A DNA stretch of 64,000 bases from assembly GCA_963755915.1 (NCBI GenBank), contig CAVWLP010000002.1, positions 608,001 to 672,000 of the forward strand. Reading direction: 5' to 3'. Made by a program: the position numbers and the translations under genes. Source of the DNA: an uncultured Phycisphaerales bacterium (GTDB lineage Bacteria; Planctomycetota; Phycisphaerae; Tepidisphaerales; Tepidisphaeraceae). The notes under the pieces are model-generated. The model was given only the letters and a program-made list of their open reading frames with translations, searched no databases and was not told the DNA's origin. Below, one piece after another: positions 32,710-44,125 of the stretch. How positions within the stretch are numbered: position 1 is the first letter of the stretch; the number at the start of each line of letters is the position of its first letter.

Positions 32710-34047
32710 TCAGCCGTTTTCCAGCGGGGCGCCGGCCAGGTCGTCGAATCGATTTATCGTGCGAGGTTCTTCCGCGCCGTCGAATGCTTTTTCGTAGACG
32801 CGGTGGATTTTCCTGACCATTTGATCGATCGTGAAATGGCTGAGAATGCGCTGGCGGCCAAGGCGGCCGGTTTTTTCGCGGAATTCGCGGTCGGCGAGGA
32901 ACCGTAGGATGGCCTGGGCCATGGCGGTCACGTCGCCCATGGGAACGAGAAGCCCCGTCACCCCGTGCAGCACGATTTCCGGCACCCCCCCGCCGTTGGT
33001 GGCGACGATCGGTTTTCCCGCTTCCATTCCTTCGATGATGACCTGCCCGAACGGCTCGCCGGTGATCGAGGCGTGGACGAGCAGATCCATTTTGGCGATG
33101 AGGCGCTTGGCATCGGGCACGTGGCCTGTCATTTCCATGACATCTTCAAGTTCACGCAGCGTCACGAGCTGGCGGATTTCGTCCTCGTAGTCCCCTTCGT
33201 TGAACAGCGCCCCGCCGATGATCTGGAACCGCACGTTGGCGAATTCGCGGCGCACGATGGCCGCGGCTTCGATAAAAATGTGCTGGCCCTTCCATGGAGT
33301 GATGCGGCCGACGAGGCCGACGGTGAGGATTCTGCCTGGCTCGTCAACCGGGGCCGGCGGAAGTTCACGGAGATTAATGCCATCATGTATGACGTGGAAA
33401 CGGCGCGCCAGGGCGGGAGCATTGGGCGACACGTGCGCATCGCGATACGATTTGAGCCGCAGCGTTTTCAGCGTCGCCATCGAATTTGCGATCACTTGCT
33501 GTGGAATGATGTGCGCGAGCCGGCGAAAAACGCGGGCAACGATCGGCGGTAGATAGTCATCGGAAATCCGGTCGCGGAGATGCCAGATGATCGGAACCCG
33601 CGCGAACCGCGCGGCGATGCCGCCGATCAGATTGGCCTTGAGGGAATTGGTGTGCACGATGGCGATCTCATGGCGGCGAATGAACCGTCGCAGTTCGAGA
33701 ATGAAGAGGAAAATCCTGACGAGCCCGAATATCCGCAGCAGGCTCCCGAGCCCCAGCGAATCCTTGCGCGCGTCGGTGACCGACCGGTCGAGCGGAAGAA
33801 CGTGCGTCTCGATGCCCATCGCCAGGAGCCGATCAACGAGGGGCCCTTCGGAAAACACCGCGACGACCGGTTGATATCTGGGCCCGATGTTGGCGACCAT
33901 ATGGATCAGGGCGAGTTCAGCGCCGCCGAGCTTGGCAGTGTGATCGATGTAGAGGACGCGGCGCTGCGCAGCCGGCGGAAGGACCGGATCGGCAAGAGGC
34001 CGATGCATCGGCAGGCGCAAATTGATGCTGGCGACGTTTAACATCAT
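32710..34047 (-). CDS. Glycosyltransferase family 4
   Basis: RVLYIDHTAKLGGAE, VGRITPWKGQH, EPFGQVIIEGM. Confidence 0.9.
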   Translation of the reverse strand: MMLNVASINLRLPMHRPLADPVLPPAAQRRVLYIDHTAKLGGAELALIHMVANIGPRYQPVVAVFSEGPLVDRLLAMGIETHVLPLDRSVTDARKDSLGLGSLLRIFGLVRIFLFILELRRFIRRHEIAIVHTNSLKANLIGGIAARFARVPIIWHLRDRISDDYLPPIVARVFRRLAHIIPQQVIANSMATLKTLRLKSYRDAHVSPNAPALARRFHVIHDGINLRELPPAPVDEPGRILTVGLVGRITPWKGQHIFIEAAAIVRREFANVRFQIIGGALFNEGDYEDEIRQLVTLRELEDVMEMTGHVPDAKRLIAKMDLLVHASITGEPFGQVIIEGMEAGKPIVATNGGGVPEIVLHGVTGLLVPMGDVTAMAQAILRFLADREFREKTGRLGRQRILSHFTIDQMVRKIHRVYEKAFDGAEEPRTINRFDDLAGAPLENG

Positions 34048-35229
34048 GATGCGAGCGGCCTTGTCTGTTGCAGGATGATGATCAGACGGTTGGCGATGGC
34101 CGGCCAGGAATAGAGCCGATTGAACATTTCCAATCCGGCGGCGCCGATCTGGGCGCGAAGCTGCGCATCGGAGGCGAGGCGCAGGACGGCGGCGTCGAAG
34201 GCGGCATCGTCGCTCGCGGGGGTCAGGAGCATTGCCTTGCCGTCGGCGGCGATGAGCTGCGGATCGGTGTGATGTCCGCGCGTGCCGACGACGGGGATTC
34301 CATGCTGAAGCGCCGCCATCATCGCGCCGCGGCGCGTCGAAACGCCGTCGGAATAGGTGGCCAGGAAAATGTCCAGAGCTGCCAAACGCCGTGAGACTTC
34401 GGCGCGGGGAAAGGCCCGTCGGCGATGAGGGGCACATCGCGGATGGCGCTGCGAACGGCCGCGGCGTGCGGGCCGATGTAAATGAGGCGCACGCGGCGTC
34501 CGGTCGCGGCGATGGCGCGGCGCTGGATTGCAGCGGCTCAAGAAGCCGGGAAACGTGCGCCGTGCCGAAGACTCCCAGGGCGATCTCATCGTCCTGGAGC
34601 CCGAGCTTTGCGCGGGCTTCGGCGCGGCTGATCTGCTCGCGGGGAATATTCGAGCCGACGGGAAGGTGATGCACGGCGCCGCGGCAGAAGCCATTCTGGC
34701 GGCGATCCGCCCAGGGCTCGATCGAGAAACAGACGCTGTCGGCGATGCGTCCAAGCTGGAAGAACTGCCAGCGCTGCCAGGGAGTCATCACCAGGAACTT
34801 CCAGTTGGACATGGGGACGTAGATTTCGTGCATCATGACGACGATGGGAATCACCGGCGCGTGCTTGCGGATGCATTTGAGCACGCGGGGAAGCTCCAGG
34901 TTCAGGCCCCACCGGCCGTAGGCGAAGGGGTTGTATTGAAGCAGCAGGGCATCGGGCAGGTCGCCGATGACCGTGTCGGCGATTTTCCAGACCGAGCGGC
35001 GCTGATCGGGATTGAAGGTGGGGAGAACCTGCACGCCGGGAATCGGATCGGCGGTTTCGTGCGAATTACCGACGATGGTGACGTCCAGCGATTTGGAGAG
35101 TTCCGTCGCGAGAAGGGCCGTGTAATCACCGATGCCGTCGAGCATCGGCGGCAGTGCCGGGGCGACGATGTAGAGCTTGCGCTTCGTGCGAGTTTTTGCG
35201 GGGATCGCGGAATACTCGGTCTTGCGCAA
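34044..35229 (-). CDS. Glycosyltransferase family 4 (frameshifted ~34400-34520)
   Basis: PPMLDGIGDYT, QYNPFAYG, PVGSNIP; C-terminus DGVSTRRGAMMAALQHGIPV...YSWPAIA in ORF 34044-34754. Confidence 0.8.
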
Positions 35230-35279
35230 TCTGGGTGGCGACTTCGAGGGGAACGTGGAGTGCCGATATTGTGGGTGTA

Positions 35280-36311
35280 TTAGTCAGCATAGGCGGATGT
35301 ACTCAGTGATGGAGAGCGGACCTGGTTGGTTTCGTTGCTCGCCGTGCGTTTGCGGCGCACGATCGACGTGCCGAGGTTTCCACACACCGCCAAAGTCATC
35401 GCGCCAACGGCGCGCCCCGTGGGGCCCATGGCCAGGGAATCGGCCAATGCTCGGCGCGCTTCGGCGCGGCGGCCCAAATGCACGAGGTGTAACCCTTTGT
35501 CCGCCAGCGCCCTCCTGCGAAGCGCCCACAGCTTCGGATGGATCGGCTCCAGTGCCGGATCGGCAAGCATCGCCTCCAGGCGGAACAGATGTCCTTCGAC
35601 CATGTAGAGCGGCGCTTCGGCGCTCATGCCGCCCGCATCGGCGCGATAATTGGCCAGCCGTCGCGGAACATAAAATGCTCCGCGCCCGGTTCGAAGGCAT
35701 TGATAAAACAGCCACAGATCGTTGCTCCCCGTGGCCTTTTCGGAAACATATTGGGGCGAAAGATCGTGGCTTCGGAAAAGACAGGCGGCAATCGAAATGC
35801 TGCAATCGACCAGCGCCGATCGCAGCGGGTCGGGCAGCCGGCCCGGGGGAAGCAGATTTCGCATGAACCGCGCGGACATCTCATTGCTTTCGCCGTTGCA
35901 GCGCCGGCCGCCGACATCCATCACCCATTGATCGCAGAAGGAAACGGACAGCGCCGGATCAGACAGCAGCGGAGCCAATAATTCTTCGACGAAGGTCGGC
36001 TCCAGGGCATCGTCGTCGTGGAGAATGGCGAGGAATTCCCCGCGCACGGTTTCGAGGCCAAATTTCCAGTTGCCCGGCAGGCCGAGGTTCACGCCGTGGC
36101 GAATTAATCGAACGCGCGGATCGCCGGTGAAAGGGGCGGCCGACGCGGCGGTGTCGTCGGGGGAGCAATCGTCCAGGATCAGGATCTCGAGATTCGCATA
36201 GGTCTGCCCGACGGCGCTGCGAACGGCCTGCGGCAAGAGCGCGGCTCGCTTAAAGGTGGGGATCAGAATTGTGACCAGCGGGGTGTTCATCTGGAATAAT
36301 GTGTCAGGCAT
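35280..36311 (-). CDS. Glycosyltransferase family 2
   Basis: LVTILIPTFKR, ILDDCSPD, ILHDDD. Confidence 0.9.
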   Translation of the reverse strand: MPDTLFQMNTPLVTILIPTFKRAALLPQAVRSAVGQTYANLEILILDDCSPDDTAASAAPFTGDPRVRLIRHGVNLGLPGNWKFGLETVRGEFLAILHDDDALEPTFVEELLAPLLSDPALSVSFCDQWVMDVGGRRCNGESNEMSARFMRNLLPPGRLPDPLRSALVDCSISIAACLFRSHDLSPQYVSEKATGSNDLWLFYQCLRTGRGAFYVPRRLANYRADAGGMSAEAPLYMVEGHLFRLEAMLADPALEPIHPKLWALRRRALADKGLHLVHLGRRAEARRALADSLAMGPTGRAVGAMTLAVCGNLGTSIVRRKRTASNETNQVRSPSLSTSAYAD

Positions 36312-37287
36312 TGAGCCGATCGCGGTGCAGATAACGGAAGAGCCAATATCCCGGCGACCCGCCGGACAGCAGCACGCGGTCGATGATCGCCTTGGGCGTG
36401 AGGCGCACGTGCCCGCAGATTTCCTCGGCGCGGCGCATCAGCTTTTCGCCCTTGTCGCGATCGCCGTTGGTGCTGGCAGTGATTCCGGCGGAGAGGACCC
36501 CCTCGGCGGCGACCCTGCGGAGCGTAGGCAATTCGCTTGCGAGTTCGGGCCGGGCACGGGCCCACTGGGCGATGACGTCGGGAAACTCCTGCATTTCGCG
36601 GAGCATATCGCCGTCGCGGGCGCTGCGGGTTGTGACGCTCTGTTCGTGGACGCGATAAACCGTGAAGGCCTTGGGAATGGCGCGAACGTAGCGGGCGCTG
36701 GCGGCGAGGCGAAGATGGTACTCGATGTCGACATGAACGCGCAGATCGGGACGCGGTTTGCCGACTGTTTTGATCAGCGTCCGGCGGACAAACATCGCCG
36801 AGGGAAGCCAGAGGTTTCGGGTGATCTGATGCTTAAAGGCCTGGAGGCCGGTGAAAAGCTCATTAAACACCTGCCGGGCCGGCTTCAGCGGATTGATCTT
36901 TTCGCGGGAGACGAGCCAGTTTCCGTAGACCATGTCGATTTCCGAATCGGCCGCGAATTCGTCGCGGGCGGTTTGGAGCGCTTCGGGAAGCCAGTAGTCG
37001 TCGGCGTGCAAAATGCCGACGATCGGCGCGGTTCCCAGATCCAGCGCGCTGGCCCAGTTTGCGGCTTGGCCGATGTTGGTCTCGTGGCGGAGATATTTGA
37101 TGCGGGGATTTTCCCGGTATGGCTCGAGAACGGTTTGCGTGTCATCCGATGACGCGTCATCACAGATGAACAGTTCCCACGAAGAGCAGGTTTGCTGCAA
37201 AACGCTGTCGATGGCCTGGCGGAGGTATCGGCCATAGTTGCGTGTGAGGATGATGACGGTGAAAACCGGCGAAGCGGAGGAGCTCAT
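36304..37287 (-). CDS. Glycosyltransferase family 2
   Basis: Likely start MSSSASPVFTVIILTRNYG; CDDASSD, LHADDYW. Confidence 0.9.
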   Translation of the reverse strand: MSSSASPVFTVIILTRNYGRYLRQAIDSVLQQTCSSWELFICDDASSDDTQTVLEPYRENPRIKYLRHETNIGQAANWASALDLGTAPIVGILHADDYWLPEALQTARDEFAADSEIDMVYGNWLVSREKINPLKPARQVFNELFTGLQAFKHQITRNLWLPSAMFVRRTLIKTVGKPRPDLRVHVDIEYHLRLAASARYVRAIPKAFTVYRVHEQSVTTRSARDGDMLREMQEFPDVIAQWARARPELASELPTLRRVAAEGVLSAGITASTNGDRDKGEKLMRRAEEICGHVRLTPKAIIDRVLLSGGSPGYWLFRYLHRDRLNA

Positions 37288-38252
37288 TTTCCACCCTCCG
37301 ATTCGGTCTTGAAGCCGCGCTTGACGGTTCCGAATCCCCGCCAGGCGAGGCGCAGCGCGGCGGCGACAATCCGCGTGAGGGGGGCGGGCCGGGTTTGAGC
37401 TTGCACCACGCCCGCGTTCTTGGCCAGCTCCCAATGCTTGGCCCAGGTGAGATAGTTGTAGTAGGCGAACATCACGGACATGAGCAAACCGAACACGCCT
37501 TCGCGATAACTTTCAAGATAGATATATCGATGCAGAAAGTTCTTCAGCATTCCCGGAACCGGATTTCTGGGCGGGAGGGGATTTTTCTTAAATGCTTCCA
37601 CCGCTTCCAGGGAGGTGTAGCGGTTCATGGTTTCGACATATTGGGCAATCGAGTCCTTGGAGTAATGCTGGAGATATTCGTTCAACTCGCCGACGGCGCC
37701 ATCGACGCGCAATTGCTCGTGGACGGCCCGCGAACTCCAGCGACCCGCGTCGCGGCGTACCAGACGTGTTTGCCAGGAGGGACCTTGCGTGTAATGCGTG
37801 GGGACGCCGAAGAAGTTTTCGCGGCGGCGCATCATGAACGCGGCGGGACTTTCGGGGCCGCTGGCGTTAACTATCGCGCGAATCTCCGCGGCGAGGGCGG
37901 GCGTGACGCGCTCATCGGCATCGACATAAAGCACCCAGTCGCCGGTCGTCTTCTCCATCGCGAAGTTGCGCTGGTCGGAATATCCGCCGGGTTTGTTGGG
38001 CCCGAGCAGGTCGCTGCGGTAAACCAGCGAGGTGTAGCATTGTGCGACCTGCACCGTGTCGTCGGTGCTGAAGCTGTCGACGACAATCGTTTCGTCGGCC
38101 CAGAGAAGACTTTCCAGGCACGGCCCCACCCGCTTGGCTTCGTTAAAGGTGAGGACAATCGCGGAGATGCGCGGGCGGGCGACCTGGGGCACGGATGGGC
38201 CGGCGGCGGTTTCGGCGATTTCGGTAACGGCTTGCGAGTTTAAAATGCGCAT
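37284..38252 (-). CDS. Glycosyltransferase family 2 (WaaE/KdtX-like beta-glucosyltransferase)
   Basis: ISAIVLTFNE, VVDSFSTD, QRNFA, YVDADER, VHE. Confidence 0.9.
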   Translation of the reverse strand: MRILNSQAVTEIAETAAGPSVPQVARPRISAIVLTFNEAKRVGPCLESLLWADETIVVDSFSTDDTVQVAQCYTSLVYRSDLLGPNKPGGYSDQRNFAMEKTTGDWVLYVDADERVTPALAAEIRAIVNASGPESPAAFMMRRRENFFGVPTHYTQGPSWQTRLVRRDAGRWSSRAVHEQLRVDGAVGELNEYLQHYSKDSIAQYVETMNRYTSLEAVEAFKKNPLPPRNPVPGMLKNFLHRYIYLESYREGVFGLLMSVMFAYYNYLTWAKHWELAKNAGVVQAQTRPAPLTRIVAAALRLAWRGFGTVKRGFKTESEGGK

Positions 38253-39493
38253 GATGGTGCGAGCGAGGTTGCTCGGTATCCCGTCAATGAATGAAAAACG
38301 TCAAGATGAAGCTGGGTAACGGCGGGCCAGTTATATCGTGTTGACTGAATTTCACGGCCGGCGGCGCCGAGGCGATTGCGCAGGTTTTCGTCCTCAAGAA
38401 GCCTGACCAGTGCCGTAGCGATCGCCGAAGGATCCTGCTCGACGCAGAATCCCGTTTCGCCGTCGGCGATCAGCTCGCGAACCGCCGGAGCAAGCCCTCC
38501 GACGACGGGCTTCCCATAGCTCCACGCCTCGACGTAAACGATGCCGAAGGCCTCGGTGGTTGAGGGCATGCAGAAAACGTCGCAGGCGGCGAGTGCATCG
38601 GCCTTTTCAGATTCGCCGGCGATGCCCAGATCGAGATACGCCCGGGCCGGCACGGGCGGATAAGGCATATCGCATTTGGGTCCAATCGCAATTAAGCATG
38701 CGTCTGGGATGGTTTCGAGAACTTTTGTCATCGCCTCGCACAGCGAGTGAAAACCCTTGTGCGCATCCGGCGGCCGACGAACAGGACAACCGGCCGCTTT
38801 CCAAGCCCGTGTTTCTGGCGGAACGCGTGGCCATCGCCGCTGGCATCGGCTACAGGCGCAAGCCACACGCGCACGAGGCGATCGCGCGAAACGCCCAGCG
38901 ATTGCAGATGCTGAATCTCGTGCTGCGACTGGCAAAAGACCGCGTCGGCCTGGCAATATAGATCGACGTCCAGCGGGCTGTCCCCCCAGGTCCGCGGATG
39001 CACGGCCGGCAAGATGGTGAAAGCCGCTCCCCGCCTGCGCGGCGTCGAGCGCGGCGAAGCCCAGAAGCTCGCGACCCGCGCCGATAAAGTGAATCACGTC
39101 ACACTCCGCCGGCAACGCGCGGGCCAGCGAACGCTCAAACGCCCGTGAAAATATCTTCGGCGGCAACATTCGAAGCGCGCGGCGATCGGTCATGTGATGA
39201 AGCTGCCGGAGAATCGGCGCCCAGGCGGGCGACGGACCGACGAGGTTCGTTGGAATGCCGTCAATGGGCGCGCCATCGCCCGATGACGGCGCGGCATAAT
39301 CCATCGGCCCCGCTTCGACACGATCGAAACGGGCCACGGTGGAAACGGTGATTGATTCCGATTGAAGCTCGCGCACGAGCATCCGGGCATAGGCCGAGAG
39401 GCCGCCTGCGGTCGAGCGGCTTTCGCCCGAGACGATGCAGACTCGTAGCGGGGGAAGATCATGACCGGGATTTGCGGCGGCAGTCAGAGGCAT
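38240..39493 (-). CDS. Glycosyltransferase family 4 (compensating frameshifts ~38760-39040)
   Basis: GGLSAY, HKG, DVFCMPSTTEAFGIVYVEAWSYGKPV. Confidence 0.85.
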   Translation of the reverse strand: MPLTAAANPGHDLPPLRVCIVSGESRSTAGGLSAYARMLVRELQSESITVSTVARFDRVEAGPMDYAAPSSGDGAPIDGIPTNLVGPSPAWAPILRQLHHMTDRRALRMLPPKIFSRAFERSLARALPAECDVIHFIGAGRELLGFAALDAAQAGSGFHHLAGRASADLGGQPAGRRSILPGRRGLLPVAARDSASAIAGRFARSPRARVACACSRCQRRWPRVPPETRAWKAAGCPVRRPPDAHKGFHSLCEAMTKVLETIPDACLIAIGPKCDMPYPPVPARAYLDLGIAGESEKADALAACDVFCMPSTTEAFGIVYVEAWSYGKPVVGGLAPAVRELIADGETGFCVEQDPSAIATALVRLLEDENLRNRLGAAGREIQSTRYNWPAVTQLHLDVFHSLTGYRATSLAPSCAF

Positions 39494-39509
39494 AGTCGCC
39501 TTTGCGATT

Positions 39510-40702
39510 TCAGTTCACTTGCGGCTCAAGGATCGGATCCCGTGGCATCAACGCAGGCGCCGGCTGCTCGCCGGCCTGGGCGGCCGCGAGAATCTGCTGC
39601 ATCACGCGGCGTTGCGAAAGGCGCGGACGCCAGTATCGCGCGATATCTTTTGGCGAGCGGCGGCCGTCTTCCCACGCTTCAAGCTCCTCTTCGAGGGCTT
39701 CGTGAAGCGATGAGGCGCGATGACTCGCCGAAGCCGTGCCGAATGGGCCTGCCCGGGCGATTTCGAGAAATGCCGGGATCGGCGTCCCCACGACACTGCA
39801 CCCGGACGCCAGCGCTTCATTGGCCGAGATCGGCGCACCTTCCCACCGCGATGCAAATAGCAGCACGCGGGCGGCCATCAGGTGCCTGGGAATTTCGTTA
39901 AGCGGAATCTGCTCGTGACAATCGATTCTCCCCGTTTGGCGGGCCAAATCTCCGCATAGGGCATTTGCCCCCGGACCGATGATCGTGAATCGTGTATCGC
40001 TGGACCTCGCGAGTTGCCGCCGGATGATCGCCCGCAAAAGCCGCGGATTTTTCTGGGGCGCTGTCCAACGTCCGATGGCGACGACTGCTTTCGGACGCTC
40101 GGTCGGCACATCTGCCTTCAAGAACAGATCATCCACGCAATGCGGCGCGACGACGATCTTCCGGGCCAGATAACCGCGTCCCAGATGCTTCAGCACCCGG
40201 CGCAGATTCTTAGCAGCCTCGTGCGTTTCGATCGCGACCGCGTGCGACGCCGCGATCGTGCGAACGAGCGACTGATCTTCCGCTCGATGCCGAATCAGAT
40301 AGCGATGAACGAAGCTCTTAAATTCAACAAACTTTCGCCCTGCCGGCGCCGCTTCAACCATGCAGCGGAAAAAGCTGCGGGGAAAGGCCCGGATGCTTTG
40401 CATGCCGTCGCTATCGGCGCGGGAGACGACGCGGCGCCTGCGGCGCTGAGGGCCTCTGATATCTGCGGATGTTGGAACCACAGAAACGTCACCGCGACAT
40501 CGATTCCGAGCTGCCGCCAGGTCGATGGATCAGCCATCTGCTCCATGGATTGCTCGACGATCGAAATCTCGGTCGGCCCGCGCAGATATTTGGAGGTCAC
40601 GAGCAGGCTCTCGTGTCCCATTTCCTCGAAGTGCCGCACATAAGCGGCGATATCGATGGTGCCCGGCACGAGTGGAATTGGATGAACGACGGCGATCTTC
40701 AT
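39510..40702 (-). CDS. Glycosyltransferase family 4 (frameshifted)
   Basis: Start MKIAVVHP at 40702; IGRWTAPQKN and SRWEGAPISANEALASG in ORF 39510-40481. Confidence 0.8.
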
Positions 40703-40706
40703 TTTG

Positions 40707-41960
40707 TCATCGCTGCATGGCCAGGGCGTTATCGCTTTCAGATTGCGGGGCATCGATCGACCACCCAAAGTCGGCAAATACGGTTCCCTTCGCCGTGCCG
40801 TCCTCGCCGGCGGAATGTGCGTAGGGCACGACGGGGCTGACAGCGATTTCGCAGGCGTCTTCGAAGGTGTCGATGATCCCGCAGCCGCACAGATACATGT
40901 CGACGCGATATTTTCCCGGCCGAAGCCAGGGGGAATTGATTCGGAAGGAGCCGGAGATTTGCGGATCGTCGCCAAGCCAGACACCGACGAGGCGCGAATC
41001 GCACTGGCAGACGACGTTTCCCATGTTGTCCACGACATGGGCCGAGACGAACATCCGCCCCACCGCCGAGCGGAACCGCTTGATCTTGAAGGCAATTTCC
41101 TTGGTTTCGTCTGAATCGAAGAGCCGCTTGGAGGGACTGACTTCGACGAAGCGGTATTCGCCGGAGCCGGGCCGGGCGCGGGTCGGAAGTGTTGTGATGC
41201 GCCGCTGACTGAAGCGCTTCCATATACATCGCCGCGCCGGATGTCACGTTGCCGTCGTAGGCGATTTCGCCGCGATTCATCACCAGCACACGGTTGCAAA
41301 GCTGGGTTACCGAAGACATGTTGTGGCTAACGAAAAGAACCGTGCGGCCATTTCGCGCGACTTCACGAATCCGGCCCAAGCATTTTCCTGGAATTCGGCG
41401 TCCCCGACGCTAAGCACTTCATCAACAATGAGAATCTCCGGATCGAGATGAGCCGCCACGGCAAACGCCAAACGAACGTACATGCCGCTGCTGTAGCGCT
41501 TCACCGGGGTATCGAGGAATGCGTGAACACCGGAGAATTCGACGATTTCGTCGAACCGGTCGCGGATTTCACTGCGCTTCATGCCGAGGATCGTGCCGTT
41601 GAGATAAATGTTTTCCCGGCCGGTGAGTTCGGCGCTGAAACCAGTTCCTACTTCGAGCAAGCTGCCGACGCGGCCGAAGAGATCGATCCCCCCCGCCGTC
41701 GGCGGGGTGATGCGGCTCAGCAGCTTGAAGAGGGTGCTCTTGCCGGCGCCGTTTCGCCCGATCACACCCACGACATCTCCCCGCTTCACATCGAACGAAA
41801 CGTCCTTGACCGCCCAGAACGTCTCTTGCTCGACGCGGCGCAGGGGATGGCGCAGCCGGTGTACGACCGCCTCGGCCAGGGTTGTGGCGCGCTGCGATGC
41901 ATGCGCAATGGTGTATGCCTTGGAGAGCCCGCGCACCGAGATCATCGTTTCAGATGACAT
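40707..41960 (-). CDS. wzt: Polysaccharide ABC transporter ATP-binding subunit with Wzt C-terminal domain (frameshifted)
   Basis: GRNGAGKST, LEVGTGF, PVKRYSSGMYVRLAFAVA, VDEVL, FVSHN, C-terminal LRPGKY. Confidence 0.9.
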
Positions 41961-42848
41961 CCGCGAACCTCCTTTCCATGCGTTTGAATGCGATAATCGA
42001 AAAGACCAGCAACGAAATACATACGACGGCGGAATAGATCAGCCATTTGAGCGGGGGTGGCGCCGTGCCCAGCAGCGACCACCGGCACGCCTCCAGGGGC
42101 GCGCTCAGGGGATTCAGGTAATAAATCTTCAGCAGCTTCTTCGGCACGGCCGAGGCGCCATACGGAATCGGGCTGGCCATGAGGAAAAACTGGATGAAAA
42201 CCGGAAGCACGTATTGAACGTCGCGATAGCTTACCGAGAGCGCCGTCGCCCAGAGCCCCATCCCCAGCCCACCTGCGACGAACATCAACAGCCAGATGGG
42301 AAGCAGCAGGAGCGCGTGGGTCGGCGGCGTGCGATAGCAGAGCATGAGCAGCGCCATCATGCCGCAGGAAACTCCGAAATCGACCAGCGACGAGCCGAGG
42401 CAGGAAAGCGGCAGAACCAGCCGGGGGAAAAAGATCTTTGAGATCAGGTTGGAATTGGTCACCAGGCACGTTCCGGCGCGGGTGACAATGTTGCTGAACA
42501 GATTCCACCCCAACATTCCGGCGAATGAAAAGAGGAAATAGGGAACCCCATCGCTGGGAAGCTTGGCGACGAGGCCGAAGACGAAGGTGAAGATTCCCGC
42601 GGCCATCAGCGGCTGCAATACGACCCAGGAAACTCCCAGGGCCGTCTGCTTATAGCGCAGCTTGACGTCGCGCACGGTCAGCGATCCCAGCAGATCGCGG
42701 AACTCGACGATTTCACCGAGCCCAAGGCTCGTCCACCGCGAAGGGGGCCGAATGCGCACCAGCGGGGGCGCTGATTCTGCTGCGCAGGCGGGGCCTCCGA
42801 TGCGATTGACTCTGTCTCAGATGAATCCAGTACGCTGCTCATTCTCAT
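41950..42848 (-). CDS. wzm: Polysaccharide ABC transporter permease
   Basis: RDVKLRYKQTALGVSWVVLQP, LISKIFFPR, YRDV, LNP, ERRFADVI. The start is uncertain (frameshift near 42780). Confidence 0.92.
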
Positions 42849-44125
42849 GTTTCGCTGCCTGTCTGAAACGGAAGCGTTTTTCCCGCCGCGCGGACGAGGT
42901 CGAGGACATTCTCAACCACCCGCCGGGCGAAGCTTCCGGAACAAAATCGCGCCGCCTTGTTTCGCGCTGCCCGTCCGATGCGGTGCCGCAGGTCCCGGTC
43001 TGCCAGAAGCTCGAGCACCGTGAGGCGAAGTGAATCCGCGTTGCCGGCAGTCCATAAAAGTCCGTCAACTCCGGGGCAGATAATCTCGGTCGGGCCGGCG
43101 GTGTTGGTCGCGGCAACTGGTTTCCCAAGCGCCATGGCTTCCACGACGACAATCCCAAACGGCTCCTGATTCGATGCGTGAACCACGACGTCCATCGCCT
43201 GCATCCAGTGCGGCACATTGTGCTGTAGCCCGGCGAAGCTCACGTGATCCACAAGATTCGCCTCCGCCACGCGGCGTTTGAGAAACGCGGGATAATCCGG
43301 CTCCAACGCGTGCTCGCCGCCGACGATGACGCAATGACAATCGGGAAACTCCCGCAGGATTCCCGGCATCGCGTCGATGAGATGATGCATCCCCTTCCAT
43401 CGCTGAAGGCGTCCGACGATTCCGATGAGCGCCCCGCGCACCGGCAGCCCGAGCTGCCGACGGCATTCCAGCGGCGATGGCAGCCGATCGGGATCGAATC
43501 GCTGAAGGCTTACGCCGGGATAGACGGTCCGCACGGCCCGATTCGGCCACAATCTTTGCTGGGCCTGCCGGGCGCTATCGGAACAGGTGAGAATCCCGCA
43601 CGCGGGCACGACAGTCGCGAGCCGTTCCTGAATGCTCGGCGGATCGGGATACCCAAGCTGATACCAAACGGAAGGTACACCTGCCAACGCGGCGGCGATT
43701 CCGCCGTACAGATGGCTCTTGGCGATCCAGTTAATCACGACATCGACATGATGGCTGCGAATCAGCCGGCGGATTTTCAGGATTGCCAGCGCCACGCGAT
43801 GCGGCTGGCGCAGCCTGCCCGTGTCGATCACGAGGGCTTCGACGCCCCACTTGCGCACGGTCTGCACCATCGGGCCATCCGACATGAAGACGGCCAGCCA
43901 ATCGATGTTCAGGCCGCGGCCGTGTTCGATGAGATCGAGGAACATCAGCTCCCCCCCGCCGCGCTGTGAGGAGAGGGGCATCAACACCATGATTTTGCAT
44001 CGCGGCGGCACCGTGGACTCGGCGGGCCGGCCGGGGTCGCGCGAAATCTCGCCCAGGCCGCTCCCGATGCGCGGATTTGGAGGTAGTTCGAACATCGCGT
44101 CAAATGAACGTGATTCGAGAAACAT
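42845..44125 (-). CDS. Glycosyltransferase family 4
   Basis: RGGGE, VGRLQRWKGMH, EPFGIVVVEAMALGKPV. Confidence 0.9.
   Translation of the reverse strand: MFLESRSFDAMFELPPNPRIGSGLGEISRDPGRPAESTVPPRCKIMVLMPLSSQRGGGELMFLDLIEHGRGLNIDWLAVFMSDGPMVQTVRKWGVEALVIDTGRLRQPHRVALAILKIRRLIRSHHVDVVINWIAKSHLYGGIAAALAGVPSVWYQLGYPDPPSIQERLATVVPACGILTCSDSARQAQQRLWPNRAVRTVYPGVSLQRFDPDRLPSPLECRRQLGLPVRGALIGIVGRLQRWKGMHHLIDAMPGILREFPDCHCVIVGGEHALEPDYPAFLKRRVAEANLVDHVSFAGLQHNVPHWMQAMDVVVHASNQEPFGIVVVEAMALGKPVAATNTAGPTEIICPGVDGLLWTAGNADSLRLTVLELLADRDLRHRIGRAARNKAARFCSGSFARRVVENVLDLVRAAGKTLPFQTGSET

Noticed and set aside
32710-35229. Apparent double glycosyltransferase fusion of 839 aa
   Set aside because: The middle is off-frame Arg/Pro-rich sequence. 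The true C-terminus of the first GT is in ORF 34044-34754, and its stop overlaps the next ATG.
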